From Adineta vaga (Eukaryota; Animalia; Rotifera), in NCBI GenBank assembly GCA_021613535.1, contig CP075492.1:7068001-7132000 (forward strand): 64,000 bases of DNA, read 5' to 3'. How positions within the stretch are numbered: position 1 is the first letter of the stretch; each line of letters opens with the position of its first letter. Positions 13,355-26,551 of the stretch are shown piece by piece. The notes below the pieces were generated by a model. It was not told the DNA's origin. It saw nothing but the letters and a program-made list of their open reading frames with translations, and did not search any database. A program made the position numbers and the translations under genes.

Positions 13355-13618
13355 CTATTTTAATTCTTTATTTCGTTTATTTTCTAAATAATTTTCAATA
13401 TCATTAATCATCAATTCTTTTTCACGTCGTTGCATTGCTTTTTTACCAAATAAAGAAAATAATAATCCACCAGTTATCCATAGAAGAGCATAGCGTGTAT
13501 TAGTATTTTTAATTATACGTTTAAATAATGTTGACCATGCTGTTTGAGTCGGCCTCTGTTGATGTGTTGTTTCCGGTTTATGTTGATTAATAATCGGTGA
13601 TGGATGAGTTCCTATCAT
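13355..13618 (-). CDS. Hypothetical 87-aa single-pass membrane protein
   Basis: Clean ATG-to-stop ORF with one hydrophobic segment (YALLWITGGLLFSLFG) and a charged tail; sits inside the gene run with an acceptor-like upstream sequence. Confidence 0.65.
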   Translation of the reverse strand: MIGTHPSPIINQHKPETTHQQRPTQTAWSTLFKRIIKNTNTRYALLWITGGLLFSLFGKKAMQRREKELMINDIENYLENKRNKELK

Positions 13619-13669
13619 CTTATCTATCTAGAAAAAAAAACCGAACATACGATTAAACAAAAGAACACA

Positions 13670-13997
13670 TCATTTCGTAGTTTGTAATTTAAGATCTAAA
13701 AACAAAATAGAATTTATTTTTTCGAATCAAAATCATTGATGTCTATCGTCAAAGTACATTGCTCAAAGTGACGAAAGACATCGAATTATGAAAAATACCT
13801 CGTTCAGCTTCTGCTTGTCGTCTTGCTTGAATTTCTTTTAATGCTTCTCGTCTTTCAATCGCTTCTTTCGCTTGTTGAAGACCAGGCTTGAATGTATAAA
13901 CACCAGCTATAACACCAATAACACAAGCAACTGTAAAATCAAACCATGACATTCGTTTTCGAAAGGCAATATTAGGAATACGAAATCTAAAAGCCAT
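13670..13997 (-). CDS. PIGBOS1-like mitochondrial outer membrane microprotein
   Basis: RMSWFDFTVACVIGVIAGVYTFKPGLQQ resembles human PIGBOS1 as recalled ([28 protein letters not shown]). A probable intron at 13696-13798 gives the C-terminus ...DLKLQTTK*; unspliced stop is at 13749. Confidence 0.7.
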
Positions 13998-14032
13998 TCT
14001 ATCTGAAATAAAACAAATTCACTTTTTTTGTA

Positions 14033-14983
14033 TTAAGATTTTGTTAAATGATAAACACGTTTGCCAGCTTTCAAACAAATATCATCAATAGGTATAATCA
14101 TTGAATTAGGTTGACATCGATATTGTTTAAAGACAGACTAAAAACAAAGAATTCATTTGTTCGTTCATAGTTATAAAACTTATCGAATAGAAAATGTGGT
14201 TTGTATTCGAAGAAAGGTATTATTTTATTCTACAGGTATTGTTTGGAAGTGTACTTACCTGACATTTCTCTTTCCAATCATGTGGTAGTTTTTCTTCTCG
14301 ATTTTTATGAGTTGAACATCCAAAACTGACATGAAAACATGGATTCTAAAACAAAACGATTGATCGAACGAGAAAAAAACAAGAAATTACTTCATAATAA
14401 CATGGATATCGATGTTCATTGAGTATTTTATCAATAATTTCTACTAATCGTGAAAACTGTCGATGTTGATCTAGAGTAAATACTAGAAACGATCTATAGC
14501 AAGAAAATCTATGTTAATTAAACACTCGAATATTTTTTACTTATACATACGTTGATCCATCTTCATTGTTTAATATCGTTACGTCTTCAACATGCGTAGA
14601 AAATCTATTCATTGATATAGCTAATTCATTTTGAATATTTTTTCGAATCGATTCAATATGATGAAAACGAACAGGAAATGTTTTGGATAAACTTATGTGT
14701 AATTCTCCCAAACGTTTCCAAATTTCCGTCTTCTCATTAAAAATATCGATGACATCATCAATCATTGTATCTATATACGATGAACAATCCACTAAAAAGA
14801 GTAAAAAATCGTCATTTTTTTTATTTTCATAATTCTATCAAAATGTTTACCAAATGCATAAATCGCTAAGGCCCAATTTCCTTCTTCATGAGCAAATAAT
14901 CTCACTCGATCATTTTGATTTTGTTCAGTTGATACACGTTCTTCATTTTCTGATTCCGAAGAACTATATAACACAAGACTCAT
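14033..14983 (-). CDS. USB1: U6 snRNA phosphodiesterase Usb1/Mpn1 (2H phosphoesterase), multi-exon
   Basis: MSLVLYSSSESE...RVRLFAHEEGNWA; two HxS motifs (LHISLS, FHVSFG); C-terminus ICLKAGKRVY. Confidence 0.9.
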
Positions 14984-15167
14984 TTCTTTGGAAGAAAAAT
15001 AAAAACTCCTATACTTTTTTCCTGAAGACAAAATCTTATTCGTTTGAAATTGTCCAATGAAAATCGTTGTTGTTGTCCTCCATTTTTATTTCGCAACCAA
15101 AGAGAGTAAAGAAGGAAGCAAGAAAAAAGCTAGAGCAGCTGATTACTTTTATTTTTTTTTCATTCAA
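14984..15167. promoter_or_regulatory. Probable bidirectional promoter between USB1 and CUL1
   Basis: Head-to-head start codons only 184 bp apart. Confidence 0.55.
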
Positions 15168-18477
<3,310 letters not shown>

Positions 18478-19099
18478 CCTTGATGAAAACAAATATGTCT
18501 ACACAATTTTTTGTTGTTGTTTATTATGCATTGTGTGCGTGTGTATATCCTTCTATCTGTATGGCTTACATAATCTTTGCATTAATAACACAAAGAAATA
18601 TTATCTTTATTATGAATCCAAAACGTTTTTTTTTCCTCTCGAATATTGTCGTATAGATATATTTAATAGGCTCAACTCTCGATGTTGTATAAAATAATGT
18701 GCTATTTCTTTCTTTTTCTGTGGGTTGTCACATTTTATTTCTTTTCTTTGTCTCTTTTTGCTGTCTTACGACGCCTAACTCATATAAAAATCATTCTGGA
18801 ATATTCTGTTAATGAATCCGTTTGTTTTTTCAATCAAACACAGATCGAATCGATCTTTTTATTGGTTGTTTTCATGACGAATGATCGTAAAATCGGTTTT
18901 TATTGAAACTCATTCATGTGTCGGTGTCGAGAGAGTAAAAGCAAAAACAAACAAATATTCGGACATATATAGTTCTCGTCACATAGTAATTAAAAGAGAT
19001 TCTTTAAAAATGTAGTTTTACTATTGTAAAAACACGATTTCAGCTGACAATTATGCAGTGAATAACAAAAATCATTATTGTTTAAATTTCTTTTTAAAA

Positions 19100-19670
19100 C
19101 CTCCATCAATTGAACTAACGAAACAATGTCAAGTTTGTTTTGATGAAAAATCCGAAGAAGACTTTCGACCAAATTACAATCGTCAATGTAGTCATACTAA
19201 ACGTCAAATGTGTACAGATTATGTTCGTTGTCCGGAATTGAATTGTGGCATGGATTTTATTGAGTTATAAGGATAAAGTTTTATTAGAAAAATACGAACG
19301 TTTTATGTTTCTTCGACAGTTGGAAACTATGCGAGTGTTTATTTGGTGTGCACATGGATGTGGAATGGGACAATTAAATGAAGGTGGAGATGAAAATAAT
19401 ATTGTTACATGTGCGAAATGCTCAGAAAGAATATGTTTTACACATAAAATACAGTGACATACAGATCTTACATGTTCAGAGTAAGTTTCTTTCTTGAATA
19501 ATTACGAAATATAAAAAGCTTCGTTTCTCTTTAAATTTCAGATATGATTCAGTTTATGATCGAGAACAACGAGCATCACAATCGTGGATTACTCAAAATT
19601 GCAAGAAATGTCCTAAATATTCTTTTAGAATAGAAAAAGCATCGGGATGTGGAATATGTTGATATGAATC
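19100..19670 (+). pseudogene. Decayed RBR (RING-IBR-RING) E3 ligase
   Basis: Fragments CQVCFDE..C.H..MC, RCPELNC, WCAHGCG..Q...VTCAKC..ICFTH, KKCPK..RIEKASGC; apparent internal deletions, a frameshift near 19260 and TGA in place of Trp (KIQ*HTDLTC). Confidence 0.8.
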
Positions 19671-19966
19671 TTCTTGTAAACATTATGCTGCTTTTTAAAA
19701 ATGAAATAAATTAATTTGATTTAAAAAAATATAAGTGTATTTAATGAAACCCATAGGCTCGCATTCATTTGTATTCGAAAGTGACAAAAAACTAAAAACT
19801 CTTTCGTATCTATTATATCTTATCAACGAGCAAAAGAGTCATAACTTAACATCACGTTATCCACAACTTACAGTTGAAGTATGTGAAAGAGTTAAAATAA
19901 AATATCTGTATTTTCGTAACTACACTTCTTTTATAAGAAGAAAAAACATTAAACTTTACTATCAAA

Positions 19967-22225
19967 ATGGTTGGTAATCGAGGATTTATAATTATTATCA
20001 CGAGTTTTATTTGGTTAGTATGGTTGTCTATGGTTAATTCACATTCGAATGTACATTCACAATATACACGAAGAACATGGGATCAAGCGATTGCTATGGC
20101 GAAATCCTTTGTACAACAATTGAATTTAACAGAAAAATGCTCAATGACATCTGGTGTAAAAGGTCATTGTGCTGGTAATGTTTTGTCTATACCACGTCTT
20201 AACTTCACTGGTATGTGTTTTCAAGATTCACCATCAGGTGTTGGTGATGGAGTTCTTTATGCAACAGCTTTTGTACCTGGTATACAAACTGCAGCGACAT
20301 GGGATCGAGATCTATTTTACAAACGTGCTGTTGCCATAGGTAGAGAATTTTATGGCAAAGGTGTTCATTTTGCTTTAGGTCCAATGATGAATATTGATCG
20401 AAATGCTCGACATGGTCGAAATTGGGAAGGATTTGGTGCTGATCCTTATCTTTCGGGAGAAAATGCTTTCTTTTATATTCAAGGTGTTCAAGATCAAGGT
20501 GTAGTTGCAACAGCAAAACATTATATTTGTAACGAACAAGAAACCAATCGTATTTATGATCTACAAGACATTGGAAATAATATGCCAAATATGAATTACA
20601 TACGAAGTTATTCAGCTAATCTTGATGATAAAACTATGCATGAAATTTATCTTTGGCCATTTGCTTCGAGTGTTGCTGCTGGTGTTGGTTCTATTATGTG
20701 TTCGTACAATGAAGTAAATGGTACACCAGCTTGTCAAAATGATAAAACATTGAATAAGCTTTTGAAGGAAGAACTCGAATATCGTGGCAATGTTATGTCT
20801 GATTGGGGTGCAACTAAAACAGGTGTTCAATCAGCATTAGGAGGTTTAGATATCGATATGCCAGGTACTGACGGATTGATGGGTATTTCACTTGTTGAAG
20901 CAGTTCAAAAAGGAACAATTTCAGAAGAAAGAATTAATGATATGATTGTTCGACTTTTATCATCCTATTATCTTCTCGGACAAGATCAGGGATATCCAAC
21001 ACTCGATTTAGAACGAGATGTTCTGGGAGATCATTATAAAATTAATCGTCAAATCAGTACAGCAGGAATTGTCTTACTCAAAAATACAAATAATATTTTA
21101 CCATTCAATATTACTATGGATAAGAATTTTTTTATTTATGGTGACGCTGCAGGTCAATCTAGACAAGGTTTTGGTGCAGCAGGCTTAGCACAACATGGAG
21201 GAGCTATATATCAAGGTGGTGGTTCAGGCTATGTTGAACCAACTTATGCCATTGATCCTCTTACTGCACTTCTCTTAAAAAGTCGCGATGCACATCTTCA
21301 AATTAGATATGTTGCTGAACAATCTGATTATATTATTATTGAAAGTTCGTTCAAGTCTCGTGGTTTTTCCACAGCAAAATGTCTCGTTTTCATTAGTGCT
21401 TTTTCTTCCGAAGGATTCGATAGATTAGATTTACTTCCTTCAAATAATGGTGATCTATTAGTTAAAACTGTTGCTTCTCATTGTGCTAATACAATCGTTG
21501 TGATTAATAGTGTTTCACAACTGAATCTAGAAGCATGGATTGATCATCCAAATGTTACCGGTGTTGTTTGGTCAGGTATGCCAGCATCAGAATATGGGCC
21601 AGCTATTGTTGACGTTCTATTCGGTGATTATAATCCAGGTGGTAAACTTGTTTTTACATTAGCAAAGAAAAATTCTGATTATGGCACAGATATCACCTTA
21701 TCATTTAATTCTAATTATATTGAAGGTGTCTTCTTAGATTATCGTCATTTTGATAAAAATAATATTTCACCACGATATCATTTTGGTTATGGTCTTTCTT
21801 ATACAACGTTCTCATTCTCACAGCTTATTATTTCAAAAACAACAAAACATTATCAACATCAACAACAACAACAGCGAATGCGATCGTATGCTAATCCGGG
21901 TACATCAACACTCTATGAACCTATCTATGAGATAAGATTTACTGTAATCAATACGGGCAAAGTTTATGGTTCAGAAGTACCTCAACTTTATCTTGGATTT
22001 CCTTCAGAAGCAGAAGAACCACCCAAAGTATTACGTGGTTTTCAAAGAGTGTATCTAGCAGCAGGCGAATCGAAATCAGTCACATTAGTATTATTACAAA
22101 AGGATATTTCATACTGGAATGTGATCAATCAGAAATGGATAATTGCTTCGGGTAATTACACGGTTTTGATTTCAACATCTGCTAATAATGCTGACATTAA
22201 ACTTCAAAGTTTTTTTAAAATATAA
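19967..22225 (+). CDS. Secreted GH3 beta-glucosidase, fungal Cel3A-like, intronless
   Basis: Signal peptide; QDSPSG, GRNWEGFGADPYL, KHYICNEQE, MCSYN, nucleophile motif VMSDW, SSEGFDR, FGYGLSYT, C-terminal FnIII-like EVPQLY...LRGF. Confidence 0.95.
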   Translation: MVGNRGFIIIITSFIWLVWLSMVNSHSNVHSQYTRRTWDQAIAMAKSFVQQLNLTEKCSMTSGVKGHCAGNVLSIPRLNFTGMCFQDSPSGVGDGVLYATAFVPGIQTAATWDRDLFYKRAVAIGREFYGKGVHFALGPMMNIDRNARHGRNWEGFGADPYLSGENAFFYIQGVQDQGVVATAKHYICNEQETNRIYDLQDIGNNMPNMNYIRSYSANLDDKTMHEIYLWPFASSVAAGVGSIMCSYNEVNGTPACQNDKTLNKLLKEELEYRGNVMSDWGATKTGVQSALGGLDIDMPGTDGLMGISLVEAVQKGTISEERINDMIVRLLSSYYLLGQDQGYPTLDLERDVLGDHYKINRQISTAGIVLLKNTNNILPFNITMDKNFFIYGDAAGQSRQGFGAAGLAQHGGAIYQGGGSGYVEPTYAIDPLTALLLKSRDAHLQIRYVAEQSDYIIIESSFKSRGFSTAKCLVFISAFSSEGFDRLDLLPSNNGDLLVKTVASHCANTIVVINSVSQLNLEAWIDHPNVTGVVWSGMPASEYGPAIVDVLFGDYNPGGKLVFTLAKKNSDYGTDITLSFNSNYIEGVFLDYRHFDKNNISPRYHFGYGLSYTTFSFSQLIISKTTKHYQHQQQQQRMRSYANPGTSTLYEPIYEIRFTVINTGKVYGSEVPQLYLGFPSEAEEPPKVLRGFQRVYLAAGESKSVTLVLLQKDISYWNVINQKWIIASGNYTVLISTSANNADIKLQSFFKI

Positions 22226-22298
22226 TTGATCTATGATATCTTTTTTTCTTTCATATGTTCTGAATGTTTATTTAGAAGGATATATAGTAGAAAAAAAT

Positions 22299-22940
22299 TC
22301 AGACGTTTTGATTCGATATGGTATTAATGGATGTTGCTGCCATAAGATATTGTAAAAGTTGAAATGCACTAGAAATTACTGGTCCTGCCATTGAATCAGC
22401 AGAGAATTGTTCGAGAAGTCCCTCACCAAAATATAATTGACCTGAGACTAAAAAACTCAATCGGCATCTACCCACTGTCGGAGGTGGATTTCTCTTTTCA
22501 AGCCATGGTCCAATACAATCAACTACATTTTGACTAGCTTGAAATAGATTATGTATCAGTTTATCAGACTCTTCGGTTCGGTTCTCCCATATAATGACTT
22601 TTTCAGCTTGATTGATATAACGTACACTTCCATCCTGATAAGCAGCCAACGTATCTTGACCATGAGCAAATCGTATTTCTATAATTACTCCAAGAAGTTC
22701 TTTTTTACTAACAGACTGATTCATTTGCTGCAAACGATGATAGGCTAATAGTCGAAGACGACTTTCTACATTCGTATGCTGTGATAATTTTGTTAACTTT
22801 TCTGAATCTGGTGCATCTGATAGTACCAAATACCACGGATCTTCAGACGAACTATTACTTCTTTTGTATAAGTCTAATTGATCACAGAATAGAAGATTGT
22901 AAATATGATTGTTTGCATCTTGTTGGTACGGAACTGACAT
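22299..22940 (-). CDS. Hypothetical 213-aa protein, bacterial-like, intronless
   Basis: Long clean ORF; ESRLRLLAY...KELLGVIIEI...DTLAAYQDGSVRYINQ...IGPW...SFLVSGQLYFGEG recalls bacterial uncharacterised proteins (from memory, not searched). Confidence 0.75.
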   Translation of the reverse strand: MSVPYQQDANNHIYNLLFCDQLDLYKRSNSSSEDPWYLVLSDAPDSEKLTKLSQHTNVESRLRLLAYHRLQQMNQSVSKKELLGVIIEIRFAHGQDTLAAYQDGSVRYINQAEKVIIWENRTEESDKLIHNLFQASQNVVDCIGPWLEKRNPPPTVGRCRLSFLVSGQLYFGEGLLEQFSADSMAGPVISSAFQLLQYLMAATSINTISNQNV

Positions 22941-23779
22941 CTAGACAGATGTTGGTGCTATAAAACAAAAGTATTAAAGAACTTTCAAATACATAGAAGT
23001 AACTCAGAATTATATTGATATTCATTGAGAGTCCGTTAGCAAAATTATACAAACATTAAAACAATATGTCAATTCTTTTTATCTATGAGAAAGTCACTTA
23101 GCATGTAATGGGCAGGATTTAATCTGTAATACTGACCGATAGATAATGTTTGTAGAAGAACCACAATTGGTGAAAATTTTTATGGAATATAGTCCCATAT
23201 ATAAAGGAGGGCAGAAAAGGAAGTGATTATACTACGGCAAAAACATGCTCTGTTGTATATTTTACTATGATTACCGAAGCGTGCACTATATTGCTGTTGA
23301 TGTAAACAGAGAAAATAACCACCATATTCATAGAGAATCGCTCAGATACATCATTGACTCTTTTATATAACGTCATTACTGTTTTCTAATTATTGTAAAT
23401 CAAAAGCAGCAAGGACAATATTGACATACCACTTTGTTAATCTTTTTTTTCTGTTTGCTTTATTTAACTACATAGAAAACAAGCAAAATCGAATAACTGA
23501 TAATTTCTTAGTTTATGCAAAAATAAAATGAACAGATCGCATGTTCAACAATGAAATTATTATACAAGTTATTTTTTATGTGCAAATTCGTGATGAAATA
23601 ACGATTGAATGTAAAAACACCGGAAAAATATCGACCATTTAATATGAAAAATAAAATATAGGGTATGATTTCAACATAGTATCAACAGTCTCATTCATAA
23701 AAACACATTCATATTCGCACCCTTCAGATGAATGAACGATCCTACATTTTCTGATTCAATGTCAGGAAACCGCTCTGCA

Positions 23780-25404
23780 TCAACCGGAGTTAGGTGTACA
23801 ACAGCAGTAGAATGCGTTGTTTGGAAAATTGCAAGCTGTATTACTGCCGAAGACATCAACAGAAAAGCGACCAACATAAGTAGTAACATCACCGTAAGAA
23901 GTTACACAACTACCACTTGCAGGACTCGTACGAATATTACAACTGTAAGTGCCACCACTGAGAGTACTAGTAATAGCAGTAACGGCATGAGCACCAAATG
24001 AACCCGAGCAGAAACTAGCACAATTGATAGTACTACTACTCTCAATAAGCATATCATCATAAGTATACGTATTTCGAACAGTAAATCCACAAGCGTTACA
24101 TGTTGGCGGTAATACCGTAGTTGTAGTTTGAGTAGTGCTTGTAGTGGTGGTAGTTTGAGTGGTGCTGGAAGCCTGAGTAGTACTGGTAGTTTGAGTAGTA
24201 CTGGTCGTTTGAGTAGTGTTGGTAGTACTAGTAGTCTGAATAGTACTGGCAGTCTGAGTAGTGCTGGTAATACTGGTAGTTCCGGTCTTCGTAGTGGTAC
24301 TGCTAAGATGTTCTGTTAAAGAGGTAGATTCAGACGGCGAAGTTTCATATGTTGTTACAGTTTTAGTGGATTGGATGGTTGTTGTATTGTAAGGATATTT
24401 AGAAAAAGTTACTCCATGAGTGAAGGTTGAGTCTCGATCCACATCTAAAAATTGTTGACAATAATTTAAAAAGATTATATACCTTGAAATAGTGTTTTCT
24501 CCGAATTAGTTATCATATAAAACATTAATGACAGTGAATGCAAAACAGCTAAAGAATGTCGATGATGTCCTATGTATCAGTTTATAGTTACCTGAGATGG
24601 GTTCGAATGTACAAAATTCAACTTCACTATTTATTGTTTGTCCATTATTCAGATGTATCATGAAAATTGGATGTATCTGAGAGTTTCGAATCGTATTTTG
24701 AATTTCGGTGATAAAGTTAGTTTGTCTCTTATAACTTGTAAAGTGTCTTGGAATAATGACTAAAAATTGAATGTTTAGTTGATAACCATTCAATGTCGGA
24801 GTTCGCTCACATGGCATTAATTTGAACAGTCTATCCATCAAATGATTAAAACGTGCCTTATATGTTGATAGACAATATTCATGCATGATATCTACCTTTT
24901 CTTTCGAGTCGTGATTGATGTTCTAATTTGCCTGCTAAATTGAATAGAAATAATCGAATCAATATATCCTTTCAGGTTGTATGTTTCTTCTAACTAAAAG
25001 GCAAAATAACTGAGAAAATTATCTTAATTAATCTTTGTAGACATGCATACCTGTAAAATCATTGTATTTTTATTCACTATCTGTACATAATTTGTATCAG
25101 TATAGTTCGTTCCAAAGGTAACTGTAAAAATCCTTATAACTAAAAAGATATAAATCAAATGGGATGACATTACAAGGCTATATACATTACAATGACTTTT
25201 ATCAGCTTTAACTGCTTTATTTGGTGAGTAAACCAAAATTAAAGAAATGATGATCATCATTATCACCACTCCGACAATAAATAACACACAATATAGACTA
25301 CAAAACCGTGGCTGTAGAGCCAGACATCGACGACTAAAATTACAATTATTATTACATTGGTAAAATGAAGTAGTAGAACAAAACGCATGTGACACTTCAC
25401 ACAT
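23780..25404 (-). CDS. Type II membrane mucin-like protein with Thr-rich stalk and Cys-rich C-terminal domain, multi-exon
   Basis: ORFs 25024-25404 (TM segment), 24506-24886 and 23780-24442 can be linked by GT-AG introns; the last exon has STTQTT repeats followed by 8 Cys. Confidence 0.65.
24118..24285 (-). repeat. Coding 18-bp minisatellite (STTQTT units)
   Basis: About 8 degenerate copies of agtactactcaaactacc on the minus strand. Confidence 0.85.
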
Positions 25405-26551
25405 TCAAACTCTTCGATTAGTTTCACCTTCCAAAACTTTCAGATAAATTATTCAAAACTATCTTAGAACTCGAGCTTTAGTGATAAGATTAGAAACATG
25501 TATAACATACCTACGGTCTTTTTTGATATTGTTTACTTTACCATTAATAAAAGCCATTCGATTTGAAGGAAATCCTATAGTATATTTTTATCTGAAAAAG
25601 AATCGATTTTAAACGAAGTCATTAATCTTGGTATAGCACAAATCTACTTCAACGGATGTACTTCATAATAATATCAAACGTATGAGAGAAAAAAAGCTAG
25701 TATCATATTTCAGGTATGTGGAATTTTGTGAAACTTTTCGTCATCTGTATATGATAACGATGCAAAATGAAATACTCTGAAAAGACACACTTCGTCATAA
25801 ATTTTCCTAACAGAGAGAAAAAGGTTCTCGGTGCATTCTATTCTTTTCAATCGATAGTACCACAACCTTACCTGCAATGCAAAATGTGTTGATTATTAAT
25901 ATAATTGAATATTGATATGCACACGTCACATTGTTAACGATTGTACATTATCAGGTGATATGATGTAAAAGCTTGTTAAATATTTATACATTACAACGTC
26001 CTATGTGATTACAGCATGTCCAAATGACTGATTAGTGCTATTAAAACGCAATTAAAATATCACAGTGTCAGTATGATGAATGAGGCATAACAGGTAATAC
26101 TTGCGAATCCTGTCTTATCGATTATAAAGCGAGTACATTTCATACAGGTAATCTCTACGTAGATATAGCTAGGTAGTTGTTTTGTTTTTGGGAAATAGGA
26201 TTCATTTTTTTAAATGTTTAAACAATTTAATGAGTATTCTATGTATAGTATCAATTAAAATAATGATATTAGTTTTGTTTGTACATTTATTGAGGGTGAA
26301 AAAGTTTCATCTAAATAAATAAGCGGTTAGAATCATTTGTTTATGTGTTGTTTTCCAGGTACAGATATTTGATGAAAAAAAAACGATTACATAAACAAAA
26401 TCTAATGAGTACGAGAGAGTATATCCTATTTTTTCGTATACTCAATTACCCGAATATGACACTTAATATTGAAAAAACAAGCATAGAATTATTGTACAAC
26501 GAAAGATGTTTTAAAATCTATTTACTGCTGTTATTTTTATTTTTCAGAGGA

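Noticed and set aside
19455-19457. In-frame TGA in the IBR region as possible selenocysteine or readthrough
   Set aside because: It replaces a conserved Trp and the gene has other lesions, so it is a pseudogene.
23695-24319. Overlapping ORFs such as 24128-24319 (+, SSTGSL repeats) and 23732-24001 (+)
   Set aside because: Antisense and alternative-frame shadows of the Thr-rich mucin exon.
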